From a virus: 64,000 bases of DNA. Location: the IMG/VR virus record IMGVR_UViG_3300042445_000748, positions 27,553 through 91,552 of that record, one strand, 5' to 3'. The position numbers and the translations under genes are program-made. The notes below the pieces were generated by a model. It saw nothing but the letters and a program-made list of their open reading frames with translations. It was not told where the DNA came from and did no database searches. This document shows, one piece after another, positions 50,375 through 59,514 of this stretch (positions are counted from its first letter, which is position 1; every line of letters begins with the position of its first letter).

Positions 50375-51619
50375 CTAGTCTATTGGATATAGGTGGTAAA
50401 CAAGCACTCCGCTTGCATTTATTAGACCAAAAACTTCTCTACCAAACTCGTAGACATTTCTTTTTTCTTTAACAGAGTCTACTTTGTTTACTACTTCATG
50501 AACTTCTTGGTTATCAACAAATTTAACCAACTTGTCGCCAAGAGCAACGCTATCTGTCTTCATCATTAGATATTCTGCATCTCTTAAAATTAATATTTCT
50601 TCTGTATTACTTACTCTGTTATGAATGTCTTCATTAAATATTGTAGTATTTTCTACTTCGTGCATTTTTGTGTATGTAACTTTTGAGTTTATATTTTTAA
50701 TATTTGTAAGTGATTTAGATTTCCATAATCCTATAGTATCTATATTGGCAAGAGGCATTTCATCAAATACTGAAAGAACAAGTGTATCTTCATCTGTTAT
50801 ATCTTTTGCTTTTTTATATCCAGCGTCTGTTAGTATAAGCGAGTGTTCGTCAAAACATATTGGTGAGAAACCAAATACTCTGAATGGTGAAAAACCAAAT
50901 ACTCTGAATGGAGAAAATCCAAATACGGCGAATGGAGAAAATCCAAATACGGCAAATGGAGAAAATCCAAATACTTGGAATGGTGAGAAACCAAATACTC
51001 CAAATGGTACAAATGAAAATGTTGTAGTTATTTCATTTGATAGTGCAGAATATTCTGAGTTTCCATTAGCGTTAGTTGCATATACTTTGTACCGTTGTGC
51101 TGTTCCTGGTTCTTGTGCTAGTGCTGCAGAAGTTGTTGTTGCAGTATCTCCTGATTTACCGTCGTTTGATTCCCAATGATAATTTGTTATTGCTGATCCA
51201 CCGTTTGCTGGTGCAGTCCATGAAATTTGATCTTGATCAGCGTTTGGTGATGAAGCAGTTGGTGCTGCTGGTGTTGCTGGAACAGTTGTTGCTGTAATTG
51301 AATTTGATGCTGCTGATTCACCTGATGTTCCGTAAGTATTTGTTGCAGTTACTTTAAAAGTATATGCTGTATCTGATTGTAATCCTGTTACTGTAATTGG
51401 AGATGATGCTCCAGTGCCTGTAAAACTACCTGGGGTTGATGTAACTGTAAAGGAGTCTGCTGCATAGGTAGGGTCTGCTGTAAATGTTACTGTGGCTGCA
51501 CCATTATTATAGGCCCGACTTATACCAACATTTGTTGCTGTACCAATAGTTGGTGTCTTTGGCATTAAAAAGTCATTAGAGCCTTGAGACTTCTTACCTG
51601 CTTTTTTACCTATTGCCAT
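50375..51619 (-). CDS. FN3-domain protein with (FxVFGFSP)6 repeats and a C-terminal Hint-like domain
   Basis: Two FN3 domains (TVTGLQSDTAYTFKVTATN; ISWTAPANGGSAITNY), six octapeptide repeats, then CFDEHSLILTDAGYKKAKDI...VYEF...GVLVYH. Confidence 0.8.
   Translation of the reverse strand: MAIGKKAGKKSQGSNDFLMPKTPTIGTATNVGISRAYNNGAATVTFTADPTYAADSFTVTSTPGSFTGTGASSPITVTGLQSDTAYTFKVTATNTYGTSGESAASNSITATTVPATPAAPTASSPNADQDQISWTAPANGGSAITNYHWESNDGKSGDTATTTSAALAQEPGTAQRYKVYATNANGNSEYSALSNEITTTFSFVPFGVFGFSPFQVFGFSPFAVFGFSPFAVFGFSPFRVFGFSPFRVFGFSPICFDEHSLILTDAGYKKAKDITDEDTLVLSVFDEMPLANIDTIGLWKSKSLTNIKNINSKVTYTKMHEVENTTIFNEDIHNRVSNTEEILILRDAEYLMMKTDSVALGDKLVKFVDNQEVHEVVNKVDSVKEKRNVYEFGREVFGLINASGVLVYHLYPID
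50861..51004 (-). repeat. Six tandem 24-nt coding repeats (F-[G,Q,A,A,R,R]-VFGFSP)
   Basis: Read directly; units differ at synonymous sites. Confidence 0.95.
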
Positions 51620-51650
51620 GTTATCTCCTTAGTCTTATTATATCAAACTG

Positions 51651-53543
51651 TTATGCAGTTAAATCGCCGTATACAACCCAGGTGTTAGTTGCTCTCTTGA
51701 ATAGAGTGCAAGATGACCACCGTGTACGTAATTTGAGACCTGGTGTAGCATTTACTGTTACTCCTGCGTCTCCTGCGATTGTTACTTGACCTGTACCAGT
51801 TTGAAGAATATCAAGTGATGTTCCAATTGGGAAGGCTACTGCTGAATTAAGAGGAATAGTTAGTGTTGTTGCACTAGCACTATCCATTTCTATTAAGTCG
51901 TCTCTTTCAGTCAATGCTGACAGAGTATAACTTGCTGTCTTTTGAATAATTGGTGTCCGTGAAGGTACACCTTCTAATCTTTGTGTACCGTCTGCAAATA
52001 CGATTCCGTTTGCAGTGATGTCTGATGTTGCAGTGATTGAGTTTGCCTCAAGTGTCAAAAGTGCCAAGACATCTAGTGAACCTTGTCCAAAGTTAACTGT
52101 AGTTGCTGGCTCAGTTGTAACACCATCAAACAATTTCCATTTACCGTCTGTAACGTCTTTGACGATACCAGCATGTTTTTGTGTTCCATCATTATAAGAA
52201 ACTACCAAACCTAGATCTGTTACGTTGTTAGCATTTGTGTGTCCAAGTTGTAACATGGTATCTTCAATTTGTAATTGTGTTGCTGATACTACTACGTTAG
52301 ATCCGTTGACAATAAAGTTTCCATCAACTGTTAAATCTTGATCAATTGTTACATTTCCAGTAAAATCTGCTCCTGAAAGGGATGCTAGATTTCCTAGTGT
52401 TGTTACAAGGTTTGTAATTTTATCTTGATTGATTGTTCCTGATATAGAGTTATTTGTAACAGAGTTATCAAGTGGTGTTCTTGCATCAGAAAGTCTTGCA
52501 TCATCTGTAAGAACTACTGCCAAGGTATTTAGAATACCGTGTACGTTTGATGTATCAGATTCGTGATTGCTTAAATCTGTTAATGTTACAAGTGTTGCTG
52601 TATTTGATATACCGTGAACATTTGTTATTTCTAGATTATGATCTGAAATTGCATTATCTGTGTATTGTTCTAAATCTGTAACTGCATTTCCTAATTCTTG
52701 TTGAAGATCTATTACTGCATTTCCAACCACATCGTCTGCATAATCATTAGCAGCATTAGCAAAAGAAAGATCTGCATTGTCTAAATACAAAACTACGTTT
52801 GCAATTGCACAATCTGTATAATCTTCTAAAGCCACTATAGCGTTATCTAGACCCTCTTGTAAAGAGTTTGCAATGTCGTTTATGTTATTTGATAGTGTAT
52901 TAATATTGTTGTCTACATATTCATATGTCTCATCTTGAGCATTGCTGATGCTATTTGTTATAGTTAAAAAGAAATTTTCATCTTCATTAATAGAGTTTGC
53001 TAATTCTTCAAGGGTGTTTAGTGCTTCTGGTGCAAGCCCTATCAGATTAGCAACTGCGTTATCTGTATAATCATTTGCATCTGCTAAAGCATTGCCTGCC
53101 GCTAAATCAGCGTATGTTTCTAGAGTTGAAACTGCATTAGAAACTGCGTTGTCTGTGTAGTCTTCTGCATCGCTTAATGCGTTTCCTGCTGCAAAGTCAG
53201 CATATTCTTCTAAATCTGAAACTGTATTTGCTACTAAGTTACCTACATCTGTTGATCTAGCAATGCTAGTTGGAATTTGTGCTGTTGGAACTAAATTGCT
53301 TTCATCTAATGTGGCAACACCGTTTGCTGCACCTTTTTGTTCTAATAAAATGTAATCGTCTAGGTTTCCGCCTAGATCTTCTATATTTTTAAAGTATGGC
53401 AAATCATCCCATGCTGTAGAGTTGTCACCTATTTTAAATTGTCCTGTGTCGGTTTCAAAACCAATTTCTCCAGAACCCAGAGTAGGGTTAGCATTAGCCC
53501 ACTGTGTAGCAGTTCCTCTACGTTGTAGCATCCTTGTTGCCAT
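51651..53543 (-). CDS. Tail fibre-like protein (Mtd/hyaluronidase-type N-terminal domain)
   Basis: QRRGTATQWANANPTLGSGEIGFETDTGQFKIGD; APEALNTLEELA fibre motif; acidic coiled coil; C-terminal AFPIG...TNTWVVYGDL domain. Confidence 0.75.
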   Translation of the reverse strand: MATRMLQRRGTATQWANANPTLGSGEIGFETDTGQFKIGDNSTAWDDLPYFKNIEDLGGNLDDYILLEQKGAANGVATLDESNLVPTAQIPTSIARSTDVGNLVANTVSDLEEYADFAAGNALSDAEDYTDNAVSNAVSTLETYADLAAGNALADANDYTDNAVANLIGLAPEALNTLEELANSINEDENFFLTITNSISNAQDETYEYVDNNINTLSNNINDIANSLQEGLDNAIVALEDYTDCAIANVVLYLDNADLSFANAANDYADDVVGNAVIDLQQELGNAVTDLEQYTDNAISDHNLEITNVHGISNTATLVTLTDLSNHESDTSNVHGILNTLAVVLTDDARLSDARTPLDNSVTNNSISGTINQDKITNLVTTLGNLASLSGADFTGNVTIDQDLTVDGNFIVNGSNVVVSATQLQIEDTMLQLGHTNANNVTDLGLVVSYNDGTQKHAGIVKDVTDGKWKLFDGVTTEPATTVNFGQGSLDVLALLTLEANSITATSDITANGIVFADGTQRLEGVPSRTPIIQKTASYTLSALTERDDLIEMDSASATTLTIPLNSAVAFPIGTSLDILQTGTGQVTIAGDAGVTVNATPGLKLRTRWSSCTLFKRATNTWVVYGDLTA

Positions 53544-53612
53544 TTTATCTCCCTGTGTAGGTCTTACCTACTTTGTATTTTGTTTTAATTATAACAGTTT
53601 TTTTAAAATGTT

Positions 53613-54065
53613 TTAATTAAATTCACTGTCTGGATTTCCACCATCAAATACTGCTGCCCATGAATTTGAAAATGGTGTTCCACCACTTAATGTAGAAATT
53701 TGTGGATCGTCATATTGTTCAGCATCCCAGAATACTGTAACAATTCTTCCGTTACCATCAATTGCTGTATCATGAATGTGATCTGGAATATTTTGTACAT
53801 CATTGCTTGTTGCAATTGTAAACCAATCAGTTTCATAATAAACTTTTAATCTTTCTACTGTGGTATCAAACCACATATCCCCATTGTCTGGGGAAAGAGG
53901 GGCAGTATTTGCTACTGGTGTACCAGTTACAGAATCTACGTATTCTTTAGTAGTAGCGTGACTTGAGTGTGTAGGTGTTCCTACTGCTACCGCGTTTCCA
54001 AATGAACCGCCGTTAGTTACGACTAATCCATTCTTGACTTTAAAATCTTTTAGACTTGTAGTCAT
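53613..54065 (-). CDS. Probable fibre-associated virion protein
   Basis: KDFKVKNGL N-terminus shared with 54088..55752; HATTKEYVD and GDMWFDT motifs. Confidence 0.55.
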   Translation of the reverse strand: MTTSLKDFKVKNGLVVTNGGSFGNAVAVGTPTHSSHATTKEYVDSVTGTPVANTAPLSPDNGDMWFDTTVERLKVYYETDWFTIATSNDVQNIPDHIHDTAIDGNGRIVTVFWDAEQYDDPQISTLSGGTPFSNSWAAVFDGGNPDSEFN

Positions 54066-54087
54066 TTACTGCCCCCTAATTTTTTTA

Positions 54088-55752
54088 CTAGACTAACAAT
54101 GTACCAACAACTGTTACATCTGAGTTGTTATTGGCTGTTGCTACTCTTAGTCTTACATCTGTTCCGTTTACGTCTGCAGAAATTGTGGATGCGGATCCAT
54201 TTGTTCCTACAATTGCGTATTCTGTGATTGCGATGTTGTTTGAAGTATCAAGAGTTAAGATAACTTTTGAAACTTCTGTGTGTGCACCGTAAGCAACTTT
54301 TACCAAGAATTCGGCTGAGCGATATTCTGCTAATGCCCAGTCAATTGCTGTAACTGTGCTTGCTGTTGGAGCATTTACTGTTGCTGCAACTTGTCTAGCA
54401 ACTGTGTTAATATCAATTTCAGTGAAATTAGGTATTACTGCTTCAAGAGCATCTACTGCACGTTGATCTGTGAAGTAAAGGTTTGTTGAACCTTCAACCA
54501 AAGCATCTGTGTTAGAGTCTCCTACACCATTTTCTGCTGTAATTACCAATCCTTCAGAGTTACCTGTGATTGAGATATTTGTTAGAGTTGCCATTGTTAA
54601 CAAACTTGCTGCTGACTCTTTAGCCCTTGTATCTGTGAAGTATTCGTTTGTTCCTTCTTCGATATCAGTTGTTGACAAAAGATTAATTGCATTGTCTGTG
54701 TAAGAATTTGCATTTCCTAAAGCATTACCTGCTGCGAAATCTGCATAATCTTCTAAATCAGCAATTGCATTACCTACTTCTAGATCTGTGTAGGAAGTTG
54801 CATTTGAATAAGCATTTGCTGCTGATCCAACTGCGTCATAGTTTGCTGCTAAGCCATCAGCGTAGTCTTCTGCGTCTGATAAGGCATTTGCTGCGGAACC
54901 TGAAGGATCATAACTTCCATTAAAGGAAATTGTGTTTCCTGTAATGTCAATGTCAGTTCCTGCAATTAAAGCATTTTGTTTTAATGCAACCAAGTTGGTT
55001 ATTGTTCCAACAAAGTTTGCATCGTCACCAATTGCTTCTGCGATTTCGTTAAGTGTGTCTAATAATGCTGGTGCATTGTTTGTTAAATCAGCAATTGCAT
55101 TACCTACTGCAAAGTCTGCATATTCTTCTGCATCTGCTAAAGCATTTGCTGCTGAGCCTGCTGGATCGTAGTTTGCTGCTAATCCGTCAGCGTAATCTTC
55201 TGCATCTGCTAAAGCATTTGCTGCTGAGCCTGCTGGATCGTAGTTTGCTGCTAATCCGTCAGCGTAATCTTCTGCATCTGCTAAAGCGTTTGCATAAGCA
55301 TTTGCTGCTGAGCCTGCTGGATCGTAGTTTGCTGCTAATCCGTCAGCGTAATCTTCTGCATCTGCTAAAGCGTTTGCATAAGCATTTGCGGCAGAACCCA
55401 AAAGGTCATATGTTCCTGAAATTGCATTTGCTGCTCTTTCGTTTGTAAAGTAAAGATTTGTTGTTCCTTCACTTACGTCATCAGAATCATGATTAGAAAT
55501 GTCTGATACTGTACCAGTTACATCTCCAACTAAGTCTGCTGTAATTGTATTTGCAAAAAAGTTTGCATTTGCATCACGAAGTACTATTGTGTTTGCTACT
55601 GCATTTGATGAAGCGTCTCCACCAACTAAGTCTACAATGTATTGTTGATCATCTGTACTTTTTGTCAAGATGTCAAAGTTGTTAATTGTACCTGTTGTTC
55701 CTTCAACGACTAAACCATGTTTAATCTTGAAATTTTTTGTTACTGTTGCCAT
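54088..55752 (-). CDS. Fibre-like virion protein with internal tandem repeats
   Basis: EG(T/S)(T/N)xxYFT motifs x3, APALLDTLNEIAEAIGDD, Ala/Asp-rich repeats and a C-terminal EYRSAEFLV domain. Confidence 0.7.
   Translation of the reverse strand: MATVTKNFKIKHGLVVEGTTGTINNFDILTKSTDDQQYIVDLVGGDASSNAVANTIVLRDANANFFANTITADLVGDVTGTVSDISNHDSDDVSEGTTNLYFTNERAANAISGTYDLLGSAANAYANALADAEDYADGLAANYDPAGSAANAYANALADAEDYADGLAANYDPAGSAANALADAEDYADGLAANYDPAGSAANALADAEEYADFAVGNAIADLTNNAPALLDTLNEIAEAIGDDANFVGTITNLVALKQNALIAGTDIDITGNTISFNGSYDPSGSAANALSDAEDYADGLAANYDAVGSAANAYSNATSYTDLEVGNAIADLEDYADFAAGNALGNANSYTDNAINLLSTTDIEEGTNEYFTDTRAKESAASLLTMATLTNISITGNSEGLVITAENGVGDSNTDALVEGSTNLYFTDQRAVDALEAVIPNFTEIDINTVARQVAATVNAPTASTVTAIDWALAEYRSAEFLVKVAYGAHTEVSKVILTLDTSNNIAITEYAIVGTNGSASTISADVNGTDVRLRVATANNNSDVTVVGTLLV
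55125..55393 (-). repeat. Near-identical tandem 72/84-nt coding repeats (ANALADAEDYADGLAANYDPAGSA)
   Basis: About three and a half copies read directly, plus a diverged copy near 54830-54910; ends approximate. Confidence 0.85.
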
Positions 55753-55763
55753 TTTTTATCTCC

Positions 55764-56210
55764 TTATGCCTTAAGTCCCATGCGTGCGTAACGCACAGTG
55801 ACAGGCCGTATAACTGGGTCTGGAGTGATTGTTAAAGCCACTGTATTTCCAGCCCTCGAGACACTTATGGTTCCAATATTCCCATCGTTGTCTATTGTCC
55901 CATATTCAGAAACGGAACTATCTACCGTGTCATTTAATATGGTCAATTCTGTTGCGTAGAAGAGGTTATCTCCTGCTGTTGTTTTAGAGATGGAAATAAG
56001 ATACTTAACCATTCTCCATTCTGTTGCATTATGACTATCTAATATTGTAACGTTTTCAATTTCAGAAATAGTGTTGTCGTTATTACCGAAGGTGCCAAGG
56101 CGTGTTGCTTGGGACGCGGTAGTGTCAATTAAATCTTCATAATCTTGCTGAGATGGCCTATCGCCAGTCTCATAACGTGATTTTACTGTTGTGATTGATT
56201 GTTGTGCCAT
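55764..56210 (-). CDS. Probable virion protein
   Basis: FETGD-like N-terminus (YETGDRPSQQDYEDLID); C-terminal domain (EWRMVKYLI...SEYGTI) resembles the C-terminus of 54088..55752. Confidence 0.55.
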   Translation of the reverse strand: MAQQSITTVKSRYETGDRPSQQDYEDLIDTTASQATRLGTFGNNDNTISEIENVTILDSHNATEWRMVKYLISISKTTAGDNLFYATELTILNDTVDSSVSEYGTIDNDGNIGTISVSRAGNTVALTITPDPVIRPVTVRYARMGLKA

Positions 56211-56248
56211 GCCTAAATTATAACATTATTTTTACAACTTTTTATAAA

Positions 56249-56980
56249 TTAAACAAATATATAGGTTCCTACGTGCACTACTTTAACATGTGGTGCTACA
56301 TATACAGAACCGCCAAGTTTACGCCATAACGTACAGAAATAGTAGTCTTCTGACAAAAGTCTTTCTTCTTCTGGGTCTACCTGAGTTTTCCAAAAGTCAT
56401 AAATGTATTCACCTTTTTTAATTCCACCTAAATCTAGTTGATCACTTTTATATTTTCCAACATGCTCTTTCATTGTTTCAAAAACATTACGTTTAATTAA
56501 CAGCAAACCAGTTCCTATGTTTTTTACCTCTAATGGTTTTTTAGGATTATCTGCTACCTTATGCAAGTCTTGTCTATTAACAAAATTTATGTTTACATAA
56601 GATCCAAACCTTTTTAAATCAGGTTTTTTTAATTCTGCTGCTTTTTCTACGTTAGCCCAGTTAATTGCCTTCATTGGCACGGCAGCCCCAATAATATCTA
56701 AATCTGTATCAATCATATCTATAACACCATCAGCGTTAAAACCTTCGTCACCATCAATAAATAATAGGTAGTCAGCATCAGATCTTAAAAATAGTTCTGT
56801 AAGGGTGTTTCTGGCCCTGTTGATTAAAGATTCGTTGTACAAGTCGTTAAAGGTTACTTTGTATCCTTTGTAGGTTAGTTTCATTACTAATCCCATGACA
56901 CTTTTCATAAAGTATCCATGACAAACCCCACCGTACATTGGGGTTGCTATAAAAATACTAGGTTTTTCTTTTTTATCCAT
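56249..56980 (-). CDS. Glycosyltransferase-like (GT-A fold) protein
   Basis: IFIATPMYGG, ESLINRARN, LLFIDGD (DxD), GTGLLLIKRNVF, LSEDYYFC, HVG. Confidence 0.7.
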   Translation of the reverse strand: MDKKEKPSIFIATPMYGGVCHGYFMKSVMGLVMKLTYKGYKVTFNDLYNESLINRARNTLTELFLRSDADYLLFIDGDEGFNADGVIDMIDTDLDIIGAAVPMKAINWANVEKAAELKKPDLKRFGSYVNINFVNRQDLHKVADNPKKPLEVKNIGTGLLLIKRNVFETMKEHVGKYKSDQLDLGGIKKGEYIYDFWKTQVDPEEERLLSEDYYFCTLWRKLGGSVYVAPHVKVVHVGTYIFV

Positions 56981-56989
56981 ATGTCTATT

Positions 56990-57214
56990 CTACAGTATAT
57001 AGTTGCTATAGCCAATAACCTGTAAAGGAATTGGGGGCACATTACCTGGACCATACCCTTCTACTGTTATTGTTGTAAATCTTATTCTAAAAGGTAAGGT
57101 GTAATTTATTTCTACCGTGCCAGGTTTATAGGATATTTGGGTTTGGTAATAGTCTGAGGTTTCAATACGTCTTAATTTTTGTTTATTGTCATCAACAATA
57201 ATTGCTGTTGCCAT
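56990..57214 (-). CDS. Hypothetical protein
   Basis: 74 aa ending PPIPLQVIGYSNYIL; coupled to the upstream gene. Confidence 0.6.
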   Translation of the reverse strand: MATAIIVDDNKQKLRRIETSDYYQTQISYKPGTVEINYTLPFRIRFTTITVEGYGPGNVPPIPLQVIGYSNYIL

Positions 57215-57621
57215 TAGTCAGTTACATCTTCAAGGATAATCAGACTGCCTTGTGCAACTGTCCAAACAATTTCTGATGTAGATAACTCGATATCAAAGAT
57301 ATCTCCTGTTTGAAGATTATGCGATTCTTCTGCTGCAAGTTTAACTGTGAACTCTCCAGCCAAATCATCTGCATCTGCTGCTGGAGTCAAAAGCATAACT
57401 GTGTTTGCATTATCTGTTATTACTCCAAGATCTTTAGCAAGGTTTGGTCTTTTAATTTTCATAGCAATGTTCCAATCTGCTATAACTAAAGGGGACTGTT
57501 CATCGTCTGTCACATAAACTTTAAATGCTGAGGTGTCACCACGAACTACTGTCCATTTAACGGTTGGGGGTTTAGCACCTACGTCATATAAGTCTTGAGA
57601 AGAGTTTCTAAGAATAGCCAT
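57214..57621 (-). CDS. BppU-N-like Ig-fold virion protein
   Basis: VRGDT...FDIEL...WTVAQGSLIILEDVT; paralogous to 62217..62564 and 63430..63804. Confidence 0.55.
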   Translation of the reverse strand: MAILRNSSQDLYDVGAKPPTVKWTVVRGDTSAFKVYVTDDEQSPLVIADWNIAMKIKRPNLAKDLGVITDNANTVMLLTPAADADDLAGEFTVKLAAEESHNLQTGDIFDIELSTSEIVWTVAQGSLIILEDVTD

Positions 57622-57628
57622 AATGTAA

Positions 57629-58273
57629 TTATATCACGCTTCTATGTTTTATATATATATCACTACATCCATTATTCTCAATAGCATACCCAACTACTTC
57701 CCATGACTGGTTATACTTTAAAAATTGAGTAACTGCTGCTGCAACTGCAAATCCACCACGGTTATTGTTGTCTGGTTCCCAAAATGAGGCATACATAATA
57801 AAATCATTTAAACCTATGATTGTGTTAGATTTTGACATTTCTGTAGACTTTAAAATATCAGATAAAACATAATTAAATCTATGATCAGCATCTATATAAA
57901 TATAATCAAATTTTTTATCTTTTAATGGAAGGATATCTTGTGAATTACCTATTTCTAAAAATACATTATTATACTTTTCAAACCTTTTTTTTACAAAATT
58001 CAAATGTTCTGTTTCATCAAATCTTCTAACCTTTGCACCTTCCCAATCCCACATTTTAAAAGTATCTAAGAGTGTTGCACTTTTAACATTTTTGCTGTTT
58101 AAAACCAGTTGAGAATAATCTCCGCCCAGTACACCTATTTCTAAATAATCTATACTTTGTGGTATTAGATATTTTAAAGCACTTTCTCTATTTGAAAAAA
58201 CTTTACAATTTATTAACTGATTGTCAGATATTGTTTCAACATGATTATGATACTTTTCAATATCAAAATTCAT
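57629..58273 (-). CDS. Class I SAM-dependent methyltransferase (Methyltransf_24-like)
   Basis: YLEIGVLGGD motif I, GNSQDIL, FDYIYIDADH. Start at 58273 (TGATG overlap). Confidence 0.8.
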   Translation of the reverse strand: MNFDIEKYHNHVETISDNQLINCKVFSNRESALKYLIPQSIDYLEIGVLGGDYSQLVLNSKNVKSATLLDTFKMWDWEGAKVRRFDETEHLNFVKKRFEKYNNVFLEIGNSQDILPLKDKKFDYIYIDADHRFNYVLSDILKSTEMSKSNTIIGLNDFIMYASFWEPDNNNRGGFAVAAAVTQFLKYNQSWEVVGYAIENNGCSDIYIKHRSVI

Positions 58274-58800
58274 CAAGAAAGACCGTTCTTTAATGCTCCC
58301 CAAGTACCGTTACCTTTGGCGGTAACTACAAGAACTCCATTAGATGCATCTGCGTAAGCACAAACTGCTACAGCACCTGCACCACTATCTGGTCTAACAT
58401 TTGTTAAACCTCCACCAGTCTTTACGTATAAAACGTCACCTGCAGTAAATTCAGATGTATTAACATCTGGTAATACTCCAGATACAACGCACACTCCCTG
58501 TGCATTATTTGCTGTTGTAGATTTTAATAATCCTAATATTGGTGATGTTGTTGTAGGAATTGCTTTTCCTATTGTTGTTAAATCTTGTCCTGTGTTGTGA
58601 CCATTAATAAATACAGGAGATCCTGCTAATATTGATGCTCCAGATGTATTAATTACATCTAATTTCATGTAAGATAAACCAAGTCCAGCAAGTGTGCTAT
58701 CTAGTGAAGTTGCTAAAGATTGAATATCTTCATGTACGTTTACGTCATCATCAACTAGTGGATATGGTAAGTTATATATGCTTGATTGACCTGTTGCCAT
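58273..58800 (-). CDS. Probable minor virion protein
   Basis: N-terminal YNLPYP...VHEDIQSLA motif typical of actinophage minor tail proteins; FTAGDVLYV...GGLT. Confidence 0.55.
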   Translation of the reverse strand: MATGQSSIYNLPYPLVDDDVNVHEDIQSLATSLDSTLAGLGLSYMKLDVINTSGASILAGSPVFINGHNTGQDLTTIGKAIPTTTSPILGLLKSTTANNAQGVCVVSGVLPDVNTSEFTAGDVLYVKTGGGLTNVRPDSGAGAVAVCAYADASNGVLVVTAKGNGTWGALKNGLS

Positions 58801-58861
58801 ACCAATATTATATCATTTTAAATAATTTTTTGTATTATCTTACTAATATGACATTTTTAAT

Positions 58862-58890
58862 TTGACTTGCTGGCAAATAGATGTTATACT
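58862..58890 (+). promoter_or_regulatory. Sigma70/SigA-type promoter for the transglycosylase gene
   Basis: TTGACT (58862-67), 17-nt spacer, TG-n-TATACT (58882-90); divergent from the minus-strand promoter at 58807-58815. Confidence 0.75.
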
Positions 58891-58938
58891 TGATATATGA
58901 CACCTACCAAGGGTGTCATGTTTTCTTAGGAGAGAACT

Positions 58939-59514
58939 ATGAAAAAAGATAAAAAATTTTTAATAGGATTGCTCGCAAGTCTTGGATTGTCTTCAGTATT
59001 CTTGAATATTTCTAATGCTCAAGGTGTTGAAACTAACCTGAAAAACGATCAGTATACAACATTTACCGCTGAGGCGGTTTTTTTGCTTTCTAGGCCAGAT
59101 CACTTAGATAAGCCATCTAGAGATAATGTAAGGACCCTTGCTGAATATCAGGATAAAGGACAACTTACTGATATTGAACTAAAAACTTTGCTGTCTGCTT
59201 GTGGTTTTGAAAATAAACACCTAGTAGAGGCTTGGGCTATTGCTAAAAAAGAATCAATGGGTAACGCCTTGGCTTTTAATGGCAACAAAAGCACTGGAGA
59301 CAAGTCATACGGATTATTTCAAATAAATATGATTGGTGATCTTAATGCTGATAGAAAAGAAAAATATAATTTAGACTATACTAGTCAACTTTTAAACCCA
59401 TCAATTAATTGTCAAGTTGCTTATATTATGAGTGATGGTGGTAACAATTGGGGACCCTGGAAAGGTATAACTTCAAAAACTAGAGAGTTTATGTATCAAT
59501 TTCCTAAAGATTAA
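58939..59514 (+). CDS. Secreted lytic transglycosylase (SLT/Rpf-like lysozyme fold)
   Basis: Signal-peptide-like N-terminus, WAIAKKES (catalytic Glu), SYGLFQIN, LLNPSIN...NWGPW; the only credible plus-strand gene. Confidence 0.85.
   Translation: MKKDKKFLIGLLASLGLSSVFLNISNAQGVETNLKNDQYTTFTAEAVFLLSRPDHLDKPSRDNVRTLAEYQDKGQLTDIELKTLLSACGFENKHLVEAWAIAKKESMGNALAFNGNKSTGDKSYGLFQINMIGDLNADRKEKYNLDYTSQLLNPSINCQVAYIMSDGGNNWGPWKGITSKTREFMYQFPKD

Noticed and set aside
50861-51004. 24-nt repeats as a CRISPR array, given the Cas4-like gene
   Set aside because: There are no spacers; units are in-frame and vary synonymously, so they are coding repeats. Stand-alone Cas4-like nucleases are common in phages and no other cas genes are present.
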